DNA from: Patescibacteria group bacterium
Lineage (GTDB): Bacteria > Patescibacteriota > Microgenomatia > Levybacterales > UBA12049
DNA: 64,000 nt
NCBI GenBank assembly: GCA_035457005.1
Contig: DATICB010000001.1
Coordinates: 3,246 to 67,245, forward strand
Direction of reading: 5' to 3'
Both the position numbers and the translations under genes were made by a program. Below, one piece after another: positions 1 through 7,911 of this stretch (position 1 is its first letter; each line of letters begins with the position of its first letter). The notes beneath the pieces were generated by a model, which searched no databases, had not been told where the DNA came from, and saw only the letters and a list, made by a program, of their open reading frames with translations.

Positions 1-1
1 A

Positions 2-679
2 CTTACTTTTTTTGAAGTGGATAAGAGAAATGTGTCATATCAAAGAAATTTTGGTGCAAAAAAAGGAAAAGGCCAATATTTTGTGTTTCTTGATGCAGAC
101 ACCAGAATTCCGAAAGATTTTACCTATCAATTGCAGCATGCATGCTTCCAGAGAAAGTTTCAGCTTGTTTTGCCAACCATTGCGTGGGACGACAAAAGTA
201 GAAAAGGAAAAATCCTTATGTCTATTGTGAAATCCTTTATTCGCGCATCACAAGTGTACGGGAGGCCACTCGCAACAGGCGGCAATTTTGCAATAGAGAG
301 ACATTTATTTGAAAAGATTGGCGGATTTAATGAAAAAGTATTTATTTCTGAAGACCATGACATAATCAGGCGTGCATACGAAGCAGGAGTTAAGGCAAAA
401 ATAGTCAAAAATGTGAAAGCCATGTTGTCGCTTCGACGATCGGAAGTCGAGGGTGATATGATGCTTATTTACAAACATGTTGTCGGATTTTTGGCATACA
501 CAGTTGCACCCAGTGAAAAAGCGTTGCAGAAAAAATTATTTGAATACGAAATGGGAGGCCAACGATATTTGGAAAAAGGACCTAGAAAAAGTGGTTCAAA
601 GAAAAATATTGAGTATTTGCGACAGCTTCTTCAGTTAAGTAGTATTTTGGTGATTCTTCGGTATTTCCAACGCTTCTAG
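2..679 (+). CDS. glycosyltransferase family 2 protein, C-terminal part (5' end lies outside the window)
   Basis: The reading frame is open to the window edge. GAKKGKGQYFVFLDADTRIP resembles the GT2 DxD region, and the C-terminal part looks like a GT2 fold. Confidence 0.55.
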   Translation, partial: LTFFEVDKRNVSYQRNFGAKKGKGQYFVFLDADTRIPKDFTYQLQHACFQRKFQLVLPTIAWDDKSRKGKILMSIVKSFIRASQVYGRPLATGGNFAIERHLFEKIGGFNEKVFISEDHDIIRRAYEAGVKAKIVKNVKAMLSLRRSEVEGDMMLIYKHVVGFLAYTVAPSEKALQKKLFEYEMGGQRYLEKGPRKSGSKKNIEYLRQLLQLSSILVILRYFQRF

Positions 680-723
680 GCGTAAGCTTCGAATTTTGAT
701 ACAATATGCATGCTTGCAATAAA

Positions 724-810
724 TTGCAGCATTAGGCATGCTTGCTGCATAAGAATCGGCCTCCGCCGATGCTACTGTAAGAATGCCTAACGGCAAAGCA
801 GTAAGTAAGT
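724..810 (+). promoter_or_regulatory. putative promoter plus structured region upstream of tRNA-Cys
   Basis: TTGATA-18-TAAATT. Nested inverted repeats: TTAGGCAT...ATGCCTAA encloses ATCGGC-CTCC-GCCGAT. Confidence 0.25.
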
Positions 811-886
811 GGCACGATGGTGAAGTGGTTAACACAGCTGTTTGCAAAACAGCCATGCGCCGGTCCGAATCCGACTCGTGCCTCCA
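811..886 (+). tRNA. tRNA-Cys(GCA)
   Basis: 7-bp acceptor stem GGCACGA/TCGTGCC. Anticodon stem GCTGT/ACAGC with loop TTGCAAA. U73 discriminator, typical of tRNA-Cys. CCA is encoded. One C-A mismatch in the T stem. Confidence 0.8.
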
Positions 887-913
887 AATGTCATCCTGAA
901 CATAGCGAAGGAT
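887..913. repeat. hairpin-unit repeat, variant R3 (GTCATCCTGAacatAGCGAAGGATC)
   Basis: Directly abuts the tRNA-Cys 3' end. Same unit as 19400-19426, 34743-34770 (reverse complement) and 40575-40600. Confidence 0.6.
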
Positions 914-959
914 CTAATCAAAATCAATAGATTCTTCGTTCTTCATTGAAGAACTCAGA

Positions 960-1442
960 ATGACAAGCAGTGGAACTATTTTTATGGAAGGAAGATCACC
1001 AGAAATTTTGTCTCAGAAAACAGAAGCAACAGATCAGGGATTTAGTGAAAAAAGGGCTGCAAGAATTACCGAGGGAAAACAAGCAGATAATTCACAATTA
1101 TCCAAAAGAAAACATTTGCCCGAACCCAAACAAAAGCCTGTCAGGACAAGTAGAACCGATAACGGGCAAGTAAAGCCACTCAAAAGGGCTGCACGAGTAG
1201 AGCCGTCTCTTAAAGAAAAACTTCTTGCTGCCTATAGTGATAATGCAAAGGCAATAGGAGAGATGGCTACAAGCCTTACTGTTCTGTCAACATCTTCAGT
1301 TGAGGCAGCAGCAGAATTGATGACGGCAATGCGGACAAAACAAAAACTGCAGGAGCAGCTTCTTAATGCGTTGGAGGCAGAAAGTAAAGGTGAGTTGACA
1401 GAAGACACTCTTCCCAAAGAGCTACAAGATTTGATAAAATAG
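960..1442 (+). CDS. hypothetical protein (charged, low complexity)
   Basis: 160-aa ORF with no recognisable motif. Confidence 0.35.
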   Translation: MTSSGTIFMEGRSPEILSQKTEATDQGFSEKRAARITEGKQADNSQLSKRKHLPEPKQKPVRTSRTDNGQVKPLKRAARVEPSLKEKLLAAYSDNAKAIGEMATSLTVLSTSSVEAAAELMTAMRTKQKLQEQLLNALEAESKGELTEDTLPKELQDLIK

Positions 1443-1515
1443 GGTTTAGCAGTGCTTAGGGCATAGGGCAAAGAAAAAAATCTTAGCTCTTCGCGCTAAG
1501 CTCTTTGCATCAAAA

Positions 1516-1562
1516 GGGTAGCTAGTTCAGCGGCAGAACGGTCGCCTGAGGCGACAGGTGCA
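1516..1562 (+). pseudogene. 5' portion of tRNA-like gene X (acceptor 5' strand, D arm, 15-nt anticodon arm, variable region)
   Basis: GGGTAGC TA GTTC AGCGGCA GAAC G GTCGC CTGAG GCGAC AGGTG. The anticodon arm is 2 nt shorter than canonical (5-nt loop). The segment AGCGGnAGAACGGTCGCCTGAGGCGACAGGTGCA is repeated at 1886-1919. Confidence 0.55.
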
Positions 1563-1578
1563 ATAATATATAAACAGT

Positions 1579-1821
1579 ATGTTCTCTGTTTATGTATTGA
1601 AAAGCTTAGCAAACGGTAGGTTATACACAGGTTCTACAAATAATGTAGAAAGACGACTAAGAGAACATAATGCAGGACAAACAAAATATACACGATCAAC
1701 AAGGCCATTCGTGTTAATCTACCAAGAGGTCTATGACACAAAGGTAGAAGCAATTAGAAGAGAAAGATTTTTAAAAACAGGAAAAGGAAGGGAATTATTA
1801 AAACAGATTTTGGGCATTTAG
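1579..1821 (+). CDS. GIY-YIG nuclease family protein (YhbQ/UPF0213-like, 80 aa)
   Basis: VYVLKS..GRLYTGST.NVERRLREHN is a GIY-YIG core. The stop codon overlaps the first bases of tRNA-Ile. Confidence 0.75.
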   Translation: MFSVYVLKSLANGRLYTGSTNNVERRLREHNAGQTKYTRSTRPFVLIYQEVYDTKVEAIRRERFLKTGKGRELLKQILGI

Positions 1822-1886
1822 TTCAGCGGTAGAACGCTTCTCTGATAAAGAAGAGGTGGATGGTCCGACTCCATCAGTGCCCACCA
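1812..1886 (+). tRNA. tRNA-Ile(GAT)
   Basis: Acceptor GGGCATT/AGTGCCC (one G-U pair). D arm GTTC AGCGGTA GAAC. Anticodon stem CTTCT/AGAAG with loop CTGATAA. T arm GATGG TCCGACT CCATC. CCA encoded. Confidence 0.8.
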
Positions 1887-1942
1887 GCGGTAGAACGGTC
1901 GCCTGAGGCGACAGGTGCATGGTCCGACTCCATGGCTACCCA
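1886..1942 (+). pseudogene. 3' portion of tRNA-like gene X (D loop through acceptor 3' strand)
   Basis: AGCGGTAGAAC G GTCGC CTGAG GCGAC AGGTG CATGG TCCGACT CCATG GCTACCC A. The acceptor 3' strand pairs perfectly with GGGTAGC at 1516. No CCA encoded. Confidence 0.55.
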
Positions 1943-1950
1943 CAGGAAAA

Positions 1951-2190
1951 TTATAGTGATCCACTGCGAGAAATTCGCCTATCACAACCTTTACACTTAC
2001 GACTTCCTCCACGGGTAATGCCACCAGGAGTATCTAATCTATTAAGTTCACATGGTGCCTGTGAGTCACCTGACCCTGTTGCTGGATCGACAACAACACG
2101 ATCATAAATTCCTGTTTTTGGATTTCTTGTTGTGGTTGCTAGTCCTTGTTCTGGTGGCAATCCTCTTATTGGACAATCTGGTGTGGACAT
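1951..2190 (-). CDS. small Cys4 Pro/Gly-rich protein, paralog 1 of 3
   Basis: Shares ..DCPI.., S.D.SAPC and a C-terminal CxxC(D/R)R with the two neighbours. GC-richer than surrounding sequence. Confidence 0.55.
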   Translation of the reverse strand: MSTPDCPIRGLPPEQGLATTTRNPKTGIYDRVVVDPATGSGDSQAPCELNRLDTPGGITRGGSRKCKGCDRRISRSGSL

Positions 2191-2218
2191 AAAATAAGTA
2201 ACTTTAAAAATAAAAAAA

Positions 2219-2464
2219 TCAATTCCTTGGTCTTACTGATCTTCTGCATGCAGCACACTGTGGTGGTGTAGGTCCACCTCTTTGCATTTGCTCTATTGCG
2301 CAAGGTGCGCTTGGGTCTGGAGATGCATGTGGTGGTCTTGGTCCAAGAGTTGCTCGTTGTCCTCCTGCAGTCACGTCAAGTGTTCTATTATCTCCTGCTT
2401 GTGGTGCTGGACATTCGCTATAAGACATAGAAGGTATTATATGGTGGTAATTGAAAATTGGCAA
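2219..2464 (-). CDS. small Cys4 Pro/Gly-rich protein, paralog 2 of 3 (start may be the internal Met, MSYSEC)
   Basis: SPDPSAPC ... QCAACRRSVRPRN, paralogous to the neighbours. Confidence 0.5.
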   Translation of the reverse strand: MPIFNYHHIIPSMSYSECPAPQAGDNRTLDVTAGGQRATLGPRPPHASPDPSAPCAIEQMQRGGPTPPQCAACRRSVRPRN

Positions 2465-2476
2465 GAGGGAATTATG

Positions 2477-2728
2477 TTAGTTGGTATCAATTGGCATAGT
2501 TGTTGTCGTAATTTCTCTGTGGCAGCGACGACATGACGAAGATCTTGTTCCTGTGGGAGTATCTGCAGCTGGAATAGGAATCTCTGTTGCTCTGCAAGGA
2601 GCAGATAGATCTGGACTGCCAGATGGAGAAGTCCAACGAACTCTTGTTCGTTTTTGTGGTCCAACAATGTCTAATTGCCTTACGCCTAGTCTCTCAATCT
2701 GATCTATCCCACAGTCCTGTCTTGGCAT
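2477..2728 (-). CDS. small Cys4 Pro/Gly-rich protein, paralog 3 of 3
   Basis: MPRQDCGI ... SPDLSAPC ... SCRRCHRE, paralogous to the neighbours. Confidence 0.55.
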   Translation of the reverse strand: MPRQDCGIDQIERLGVRQLDIVGPQKRTRVRWTSPSGSPDLSAPCRATEIPIPAADTPTGTRSSSCRRCHREITTTTMPIDTN

Positions 2729-2735
2729 AGTGATT

Positions 2736-3098
2736 TTATTTTACTTCGTTAAATTTCCCATCCAAGAGGATGTAAAAAAGGTCAACTTTTAAATGTGGAT
2801 ATTTTGCCAAAATAGTTTTTTTGGCTTTTAGTAAATCTTCTGCATGGCGCTCAGGTGTAGATTCTGCACCATATGCACCACAATTTTCATGATGCATCAG
2901 GACAACTTGTTTAATGTCATGAAGTTTAACACAAAGATCTATTTGCTTCATGACTGTGTCAAGCTCTTTTGACCCGCCTGCATAGCCGACATAATCAAAT
3001 GTTTTGTCACCAAAATTGTCATCCAACCATTTTCTAATAAATTTTTGAAATCTAAAGTCAATGCAGCTAACGACCAATGCATCACATGTGTGTGCCAT
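2736..3098 (-). CDS. short beta-carbonic-anhydrase-like protein (120 aa)
   Basis: CxDxR (VVSCIDFRF) and HxxC (MHHENCGA) motifs with beta-CA-like spacing, but the protein is much shorter than a canonical beta-CA. Confidence 0.4.
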   Translation of the reverse strand: MAHTCDALVVSCIDFRFQKFIRKWLDDNFGDKTFDYVGYAGGSKELDTVMKQIDLCVKLHDIKQVVLMHHENCGAYGAESTPERHAEDLLKAKKTILAKYPHLKVDLFYILLDGKFNEVK

Positions 3099-3202
3099 AG
3101 GGAATTATTATACGCCTGATTTTTTTGTTTGACAAGAATTTTGTCAGGATTTGGTTTTGTACATTTCAAGCACTTGACAGGAAAACGTGAGAGTATGGTA
3201 GT

Positions 3203-3511
3203 ATGATGATACTCATGCAGGGGAGTCTCCACACAAGTACCAAAGAATGTCTACAAAAAGATTTCCAAACTGTTGCCCGTCAAGTTGCTCGTAAACGGAA
3301 AAGACCTGTATCTTATTTAGCTTTTGCAAAGCGTACCACACATGGGTACGCTTTTTTTGAATCTATCCAGGAAGAGGTATGGGACATGCTTCATAAAATT
3401 GCAAAAACAGTACACAGTCTTCATCCGGAATATGAATTTTCATTGGTTGCTGATGTCTGTTCGGATATGGCAAACAGCATTGATTTTTCTCCAATATCAT
3501 CAGAAATATAG
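3203..3511 (+). CDS. hypothetical protein
   Basis: 102-aa ORF preceded by TTGACA-17-TAGTAT; no recognisable motif. Confidence 0.25.
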   Translation: MMILMQGSLHTSTKECLQKDFQTVARQVARKRKRPVSYLAFAKRTTHGYAFFESIQEEVWDMLHKIAKTVHSLHPEYEFSLVADVCSDMANSIDFSPISSEI

Positions 3512-3529
3512 TCTTGCTATAATACTTCC

Positions 3530-4279
3530 ATGTTGGTCAAGGCATATAAAACAAGAAAAGTTGTGTCAGGAGACGACTTGTTTACTATTCTGAAAGAAAG
3601 TCTGCCGAAAGAATTGCCAGAAAAATCCATAGTGGCAATTTCATCGAAAATTATTGCACTGTGCGAAAGTAGGATTGCTAATCCTCAGGATATGGGCAGA
3701 GACGAATTAGCAGAAAAAGAAGCAGAGTATTATTTGCCTCGAGAAACAAATCCTTTTGGCGTTATGGTAACAATAAAAAATAATGTCATGGTTGCATCGG
3801 CAGGAATTGATCAATCGAATGCACATGGCATGTATGTTTTGTGGCCAGAAAATGTGCAGGCTTCTGCCAATAGCATCCGTCAGCAGATAGCAAAGAGCAA
3901 AGGGCTAAGAGATATAGGAGTGATTGTGACAGATAGTAGATTGTCGCCACTTCGATGGGGAGTAACTGGTGTTTGTTTGTCGCATAGCGGTTTTGAGGCA
4001 ATAAGAAGCTATATTGGCAAGCCCGATGTGTTTGGTAGACTACTTCAAGTAGAAACAGTCAATGATGCAGACAGCATTGCTGCGGCAGCAGTAAGTGTGA
4101 TGGGGGAAGGGTCCGAGCAAACACCACTCGCGATTGTTTCGGACATTCCTTATATTGTTTTTACCGACAAAAATCCAACTCCCAAAGAATCACTCGTCAG
4201 CATGATTGATATGAATCATGAGGTGTTTACGCCTCTTCTTACCGCAGCCCCTTGGAAAAAAGGAAAGGGAGGAAGATAA
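3530..4279 (+). CDS. CofE-like gamma-glutamyl ligase family protein (F420-0:gamma-glutamyl ligase homolog)
   Basis: ISSKIIALCESR, SAGIDQSN, GVIVTDSRLSPLRWG..G.CLSHSG and AAAAVSVMGEG match CofE signature blocks. Confidence 0.7.
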   Translation: MLVKAYKTRKVVSGDDLFTILKESLPKELPEKSIVAISSKIIALCESRIANPQDMGRDELAEKEAEYYLPRETNPFGVMVTIKNNVMVASAGIDQSNAHGMYVLWPENVQASANSIRQQIAKSKGLRDIGVIVTDSRLSPLRWGVTGVCLSHSGFEAIRSYIGKPDVFGRLLQVETVNDADSIAAAAVSVMGEGSEQTPLAIVSDIPYIVFTDKNPTPKESLVSMIDMNHEVFTPLLTAAPWKKGKGGR

Positions 4280-4288
4280 TCCTTTATT

Positions 4289-4894
4289 TTACTGGGCGGA
4301 GGGTGTGCCAACTGTGGGCGTTGTGGATGGTGTTATGGTTATTGTATAGTCTGTTGTTTTTTTCAAAACTGATTCTATAATTCTATCTGCAGTCACCGCT
4401 GTTTTGGGTAAAAAGCTTATGGTTGTTGTTCCGGAAAATGTTGGGCTAACAGTATAGAAAAGGAGTGCAACAGTGCCTGTTCCTTTTTTGCCGGGCAAAT
4501 CAATTTGCTCAGTGAGTGCGTAAGAAATTCTGCCGCCAATTGTATCGATTGTATTAATCAAAGGACTCGGCTGCTGAAAAAAATCGCCGGGAGTAATAGT
4601 GACATTGGTCAGTGCTTGCGGGTCGTAGGCAAACTCGAGTTGTACTGAGTTGACGACATTGTCACCAGTGTCTATATGGACAGCAAGCGTTTGTTGGGTA
4701 AGTTGGGACGAGCTAGACGCATTTGCTGGGGTAATAGTAAGAGTGGTATGTGCATTAACCGATACTGGGGTTGGTGTTGGTTGTTGCGCTGGTGTTTGTT
4801 TTTTCTGATAAGGCGTTGAGACAAGTGCAAGATACAAAAGACCACAGGTGAGAAGAAAGAGAAAAAGAATTAACGCGAGCGTTTTTTTACTCAT
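4289..4894 (-). CDS. signal-anchored cohesin-like domain protein
   Basis: N-terminal TM segment. VQLEFAYDPQALTNV resembles the cohesin YDP..L motif. Paralogous to 62321-63328. Confidence 0.55.
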   Translation of the reverse strand: MSKKTLALILFLFLLTCGLLYLALVSTPYQKKQTPAQQPTPTPVSVNAHTTLTITPANASSSSQLTQQTLAVHIDTGDNVVNSVQLEFAYDPQALTNVTITPGDFFQQPSPLINTIDTIGGRISYALTEQIDLPGKKGTGTVALLFYTVSPTFSGTTTISFLPKTAVTADRIIESVLKKTTDYTITITPSTTPTVGTPSAQ

Positions 4895-4942
4895 AGCTGA
4901 TCTTTCTAGACTACACTAGTTTGTCTTTTTTGACAAGCAAAA

Positions 4943-7243
4943 TTAGTCTCCCGTGCATTTATTATTTGTTTGACCGCATGCGGTTACCAAGCTTCTCACC
5001 CATAAATTATAATTGAATGACCACTCATCGCCGGTTGTTCCTCCGTCTGGATAATCAAAGAAGTTCATAACATCGCCACAGGTAAATGTAATCGTCTGAT
5101 TTCCTGACACCATAGATTGTGGTGTTGTTGGATTTTGATTGCGACACGTTCGCAAAATATTGTAATCAAGTCCATTAATAACGTCATCTTGTCCCAAATT
5201 GCCTGTCCTGCCATCGACAATATCTCCCGGCAGAGGATAGACAGTAACGGTATTGGCAACACCAGAAGTAAGGGATATTTTTTCACCTTTACTACTGCTT
5301 TTACGTGCAAAGGCTTTGAGGAATTGAGGCACGCCAATATACACACGAAATTCTTTGGCAGTGGTGTAGGGAAGGACGCCAACATTAATAGGACTACTCA
5401 CAAACAGTCCAGTTGAGGAGTTATACGTGAGCGTTGTAGTTGTCCTGGTAGACGCATTGCCGCTTTGGTCAAAAATAACCACTCCTACATTGTTGCGGGT
5501 CTGATGGGCTGGATTTTTATTCTCAAAGTCCCCTGTCCCAATTCCTGGTAATTTGACATTTAGGGTAACTGTTGTTGTTTTACAAACAGTTGTTGGGATG
5601 TAGGTAGTTGGGCTGCTGTATGGACCGGTACAGGTATTGGTTTGTACTTTGTACGCTGCACCAAAGTTTTTTGCATTACTGTCATAACAACTTGTTCCCA
5701 AACTTCTGCTTGCTTTTAAGGATGAAGAAACAGTAAAAGCAGTACTTGTTGAGGAAGTGTTGCACTCATTGTATTCATCTTTCCCACTGACATCTCTGTG
5801 GAACCACCAATCAAGAATGTATTTGGTTGCACCACTTTTTGCCTTCACATTTGCCTTCACCCCAGCAAGTGTTGTCCCCGAGCAAACAGGGGAGAGGACA
5901 AGATCTGATTGTGCCGGCTTATCAGTACAGACATTAGGAGTATTTGATGTAAGCTGTTGTTGTTTTGGGTCGGCTTTGGTTGGGTCGTAGGGAGCACAGC
6001 AGGTATAATTTGATCCTTTAGCACATTTATAGGTAGGGTCTGCCTTTGTCCCTGCTTGGCAGGATGTTTGACACGCATCTGCGGTCTTGTATACTGTCTC
6101 ACAAGATGGCGCTGGAGCTGGTGTTGAGGTGGGAGCTTTGAGAGTTGGGTTTTGGGAGGCCACATAGCAACATTTTATATTCACACCGACACTTGCCATA
6201 CAGCCACTACTATTAGTGATTTCATGTGAACCACTCACCCCTAAATCTTGTTGAACCATCGTGCTACAGGGAATGGGTTGTATATTTGGACAGGTACCTG
6301 CTATTTGTGTAGCTATGTTAAATGGATCGAAGTATGGAGAACAAAAATTGACCATTACTGGGGACCATTGGTGAGAATAGGCACTTCCAGTAAATACGGC
6401 AGGGTAGTAACAGATGCCTTTCTCTGTTGCGCCATTTACAGTTCCACTACAAGAGTTTGCACCAGATGGAAGAGGCGCAGCTGTTGGGGTAGGGGTGATG
6501 GTAGGCTTGCCAGGGATACAACATTTTGCCACTGGAGTTCCTGGCAACGAGGTACTACAGGCACTTTCATTCACCGAAGATTCTGCTGCACCACTTGTGT
6601 TAGTCAAAGCGTCACATGAGGGGAGTGCTGTAGAATTGTTTGCTTTTGTTGCTACGTTTTTAGGGTTATTTGTATAGGTAGAGCCATAATTATTATGATA
6701 ATAACAAAGTCCATTATTTGTTGGTCCACAAGATTTTGCTGCATAAACTGTCCCATCAGACCCAGTTACTGGTACAGATTTTGGAGTAGGAGCGGCTTTG
6801 GGAGCAGTGTAGCCACATTTCCCATCTTGGTAATGACAGTTTGCTTTTGTTGTATAGGTACTGCATGTATTGCCACTAACATCACATATTTGCTGTCCTA
6901 CACATTGGCTATACTGCGTGTAATTATGGCAGTCTCTTTTTGCAAGGCAGCAAATATTACCAGATTTAGTAGGACATTCAGTGGTTTTAGCAGTGTAAAT
7001 ATCTGCACAATTCTCTGCAGATGTACAGAACGCTCCAGTTGCAACAGTTGAACATGTAACGGTGGTTGTACTTCCACCACCACCTTCAACCATGGCATGT
7101 TGTTGGGTGTTGGTTTGTTGGGGCAAGACTTGGACAGTCACAATAGTCCCGACAATCAAAATAAGGACAAGAAGGACTCCAAGGGTTCGGGAGTGAGTGG
7201 GAGAAAAAAGAAAGTTTTTTAGCTGTTGTAATTTTTCTTTCAT
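4943..7243 (-). CDS. large secreted Cys/Thr/Asn-rich protein (766 aa) with a C-terminal dockerin-like segment
   Basis: N-terminal TM anchor and about 60 Cys. C-terminal DDVINGLDYNIL resembles a dockerin Ca-binding repeat. Confidence 0.55.
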   Translation of the reverse strand: MKEKLQQLKNFLFSPTHSRTLGVLLVLILIVGTIVTVQVLPQQTNTQQHAMVEGGGGSTTTVTCSTVATGAFCTSAENCADIYTAKTTECPTKSGNICCLAKRDCHNYTQYSQCVGQQICDVSGNTCSTYTTKANCHYQDGKCGYTAPKAAPTPKSVPVTGSDGTVYAAKSCGPTNNGLCYYHNNYGSTYTNNPKNVATKANNSTALPSCDALTNTSGAAESSVNESACSTSLPGTPVAKCCIPGKPTITPTPTAAPLPSGANSCSGTVNGATEKGICYYPAVFTGSAYSHQWSPVMVNFCSPYFDPFNIATQIAGTCPNIQPIPCSTMVQQDLGVSGSHEITNSSGCMASVGVNIKCCYVASQNPTLKAPTSTPAPAPSCETVYKTADACQTSCQAGTKADPTYKCAKGSNYTCCAPYDPTKADPKQQQLTSNTPNVCTDKPAQSDLVLSPVCSGTTLAGVKANVKAKSGATKYILDWWFHRDVSGKDEYNECNTSSTSTAFTVSSSLKASRSLGTSCYDSNAKNFGAAYKVQTNTCTGPYSSPTTYIPTTVCKTTTVTLNVKLPGIGTGDFENKNPAHQTRNNVGVVIFDQSGNASTRTTTTLTYNSSTGLFVSSPINVGVLPYTTAKEFRVYIGVPQFLKAFARKSSSKGEKISLTSGVANTVTVYPLPGDIVDGRTGNLGQDDVINGLDYNILRTCRNQNPTTPQSMVSGNQTITFTCGDVMNFFDYPDGGTTGDEWSFNYNLWVRSLVTACGQTNNKCTGD

Positions 7244-7251
7244 CGCTATTC

Positions 7252-7330
7252 GTCATTGCGAGAAGTTCTTTTTAAGAACGACGCGGCAATCTCATACCAA
7301 AAAAGATTGCTTCACTACGTTCGCAATGAC
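7252..7330. repeat. R1 palindromic hairpin-pair element, intergenic copy
   Basis: Termini GTCATTGCGAG ... CGCAATGAC with inner GCAATC/GATTGC. Confidence 0.7.
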
Positions 7331-7503
7331 GTAGGACACGCCTTCATTTAGCATAAGAAAGTTTTCAGGGTATAGCAAGAGGCATTTGCAGTACTGTTGT
7401 CCTTGATTTCCCTCGCCCTTGCGGGAGAGGATAGGGTGAGGGGAAAGTAGTAGGGATGAGGTTATATTGACACCCAAGAGCGTCTCAGTGCTATACTGAG
7501 GGT

Positions 7504-7845
7504 ATGCAAAAGAATAAGGTGACGCCAGTTACATTGGATGCAATAGAACAGCTTTTGGAACGAAAGCTGCAAGAAGGATTGCAAGAGCAGAATAAAGAAC
7601 TCCGGAAAGTTATTCAAGAAGAAATAGAATTTTCTGAAGCAAGAACGGATATAAAGCTGGTGAAAATGGAGCAGAGAATTGATGACAACGCAAAGAAGTA
7701 TAGAGATGATGTGTTAACCAGAATGGACGAAACAATGGGAGAGCTGGAAACGATTCGTCAAGAACAACTTCTCACAGGAAATCAGGTAACAGCTCATGAA
7801 GAGAGAATTGCCAAATTGGAAAAGCTTCAAGGCGTTACCTCATAA
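7504..7845 (+). CDS. hypothetical coiled-coil protein
   Basis: 113-aa ORF rich in E/K/Q with heptad-like pattern. Confidence 0.4.
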   Translation: MQKNKVTPVTLDAIEQLLERKLQEGLQEQNKELRKVIQEEIEFSEARTDIKLVKMEQRIDDNAKKYRDDVLTRMDETMGELETIRQEQLLTGNQVTAHEERIAKLEKLQGVTS

Positions 7846-7911
7846 GAACTGCATAAGATGGATCTACTTTGTCATCTTTTAAAAAACAAAAGTTAATGTT
7901 AGACTTTCTCT

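Noticed and set aside
1516-1942. tRNA-like X considered as tRNA-Leu(GAG) or tRNA-Ser(TGA)
   Set aside because: There is no long variable arm (it is 5 nt), and the anticodon arm totals only 15 nt. No canonical 7-nt loop can be drawn, so no isotype was assigned.
5065-7098. Multiple 60-120 aa ORFs on both strands inside the 766-aa Cys-rich gene
   Set aside because: They are fully nested within a long ORF that has coherent composition and a signal anchor, so they are treated as shadow ORFs.
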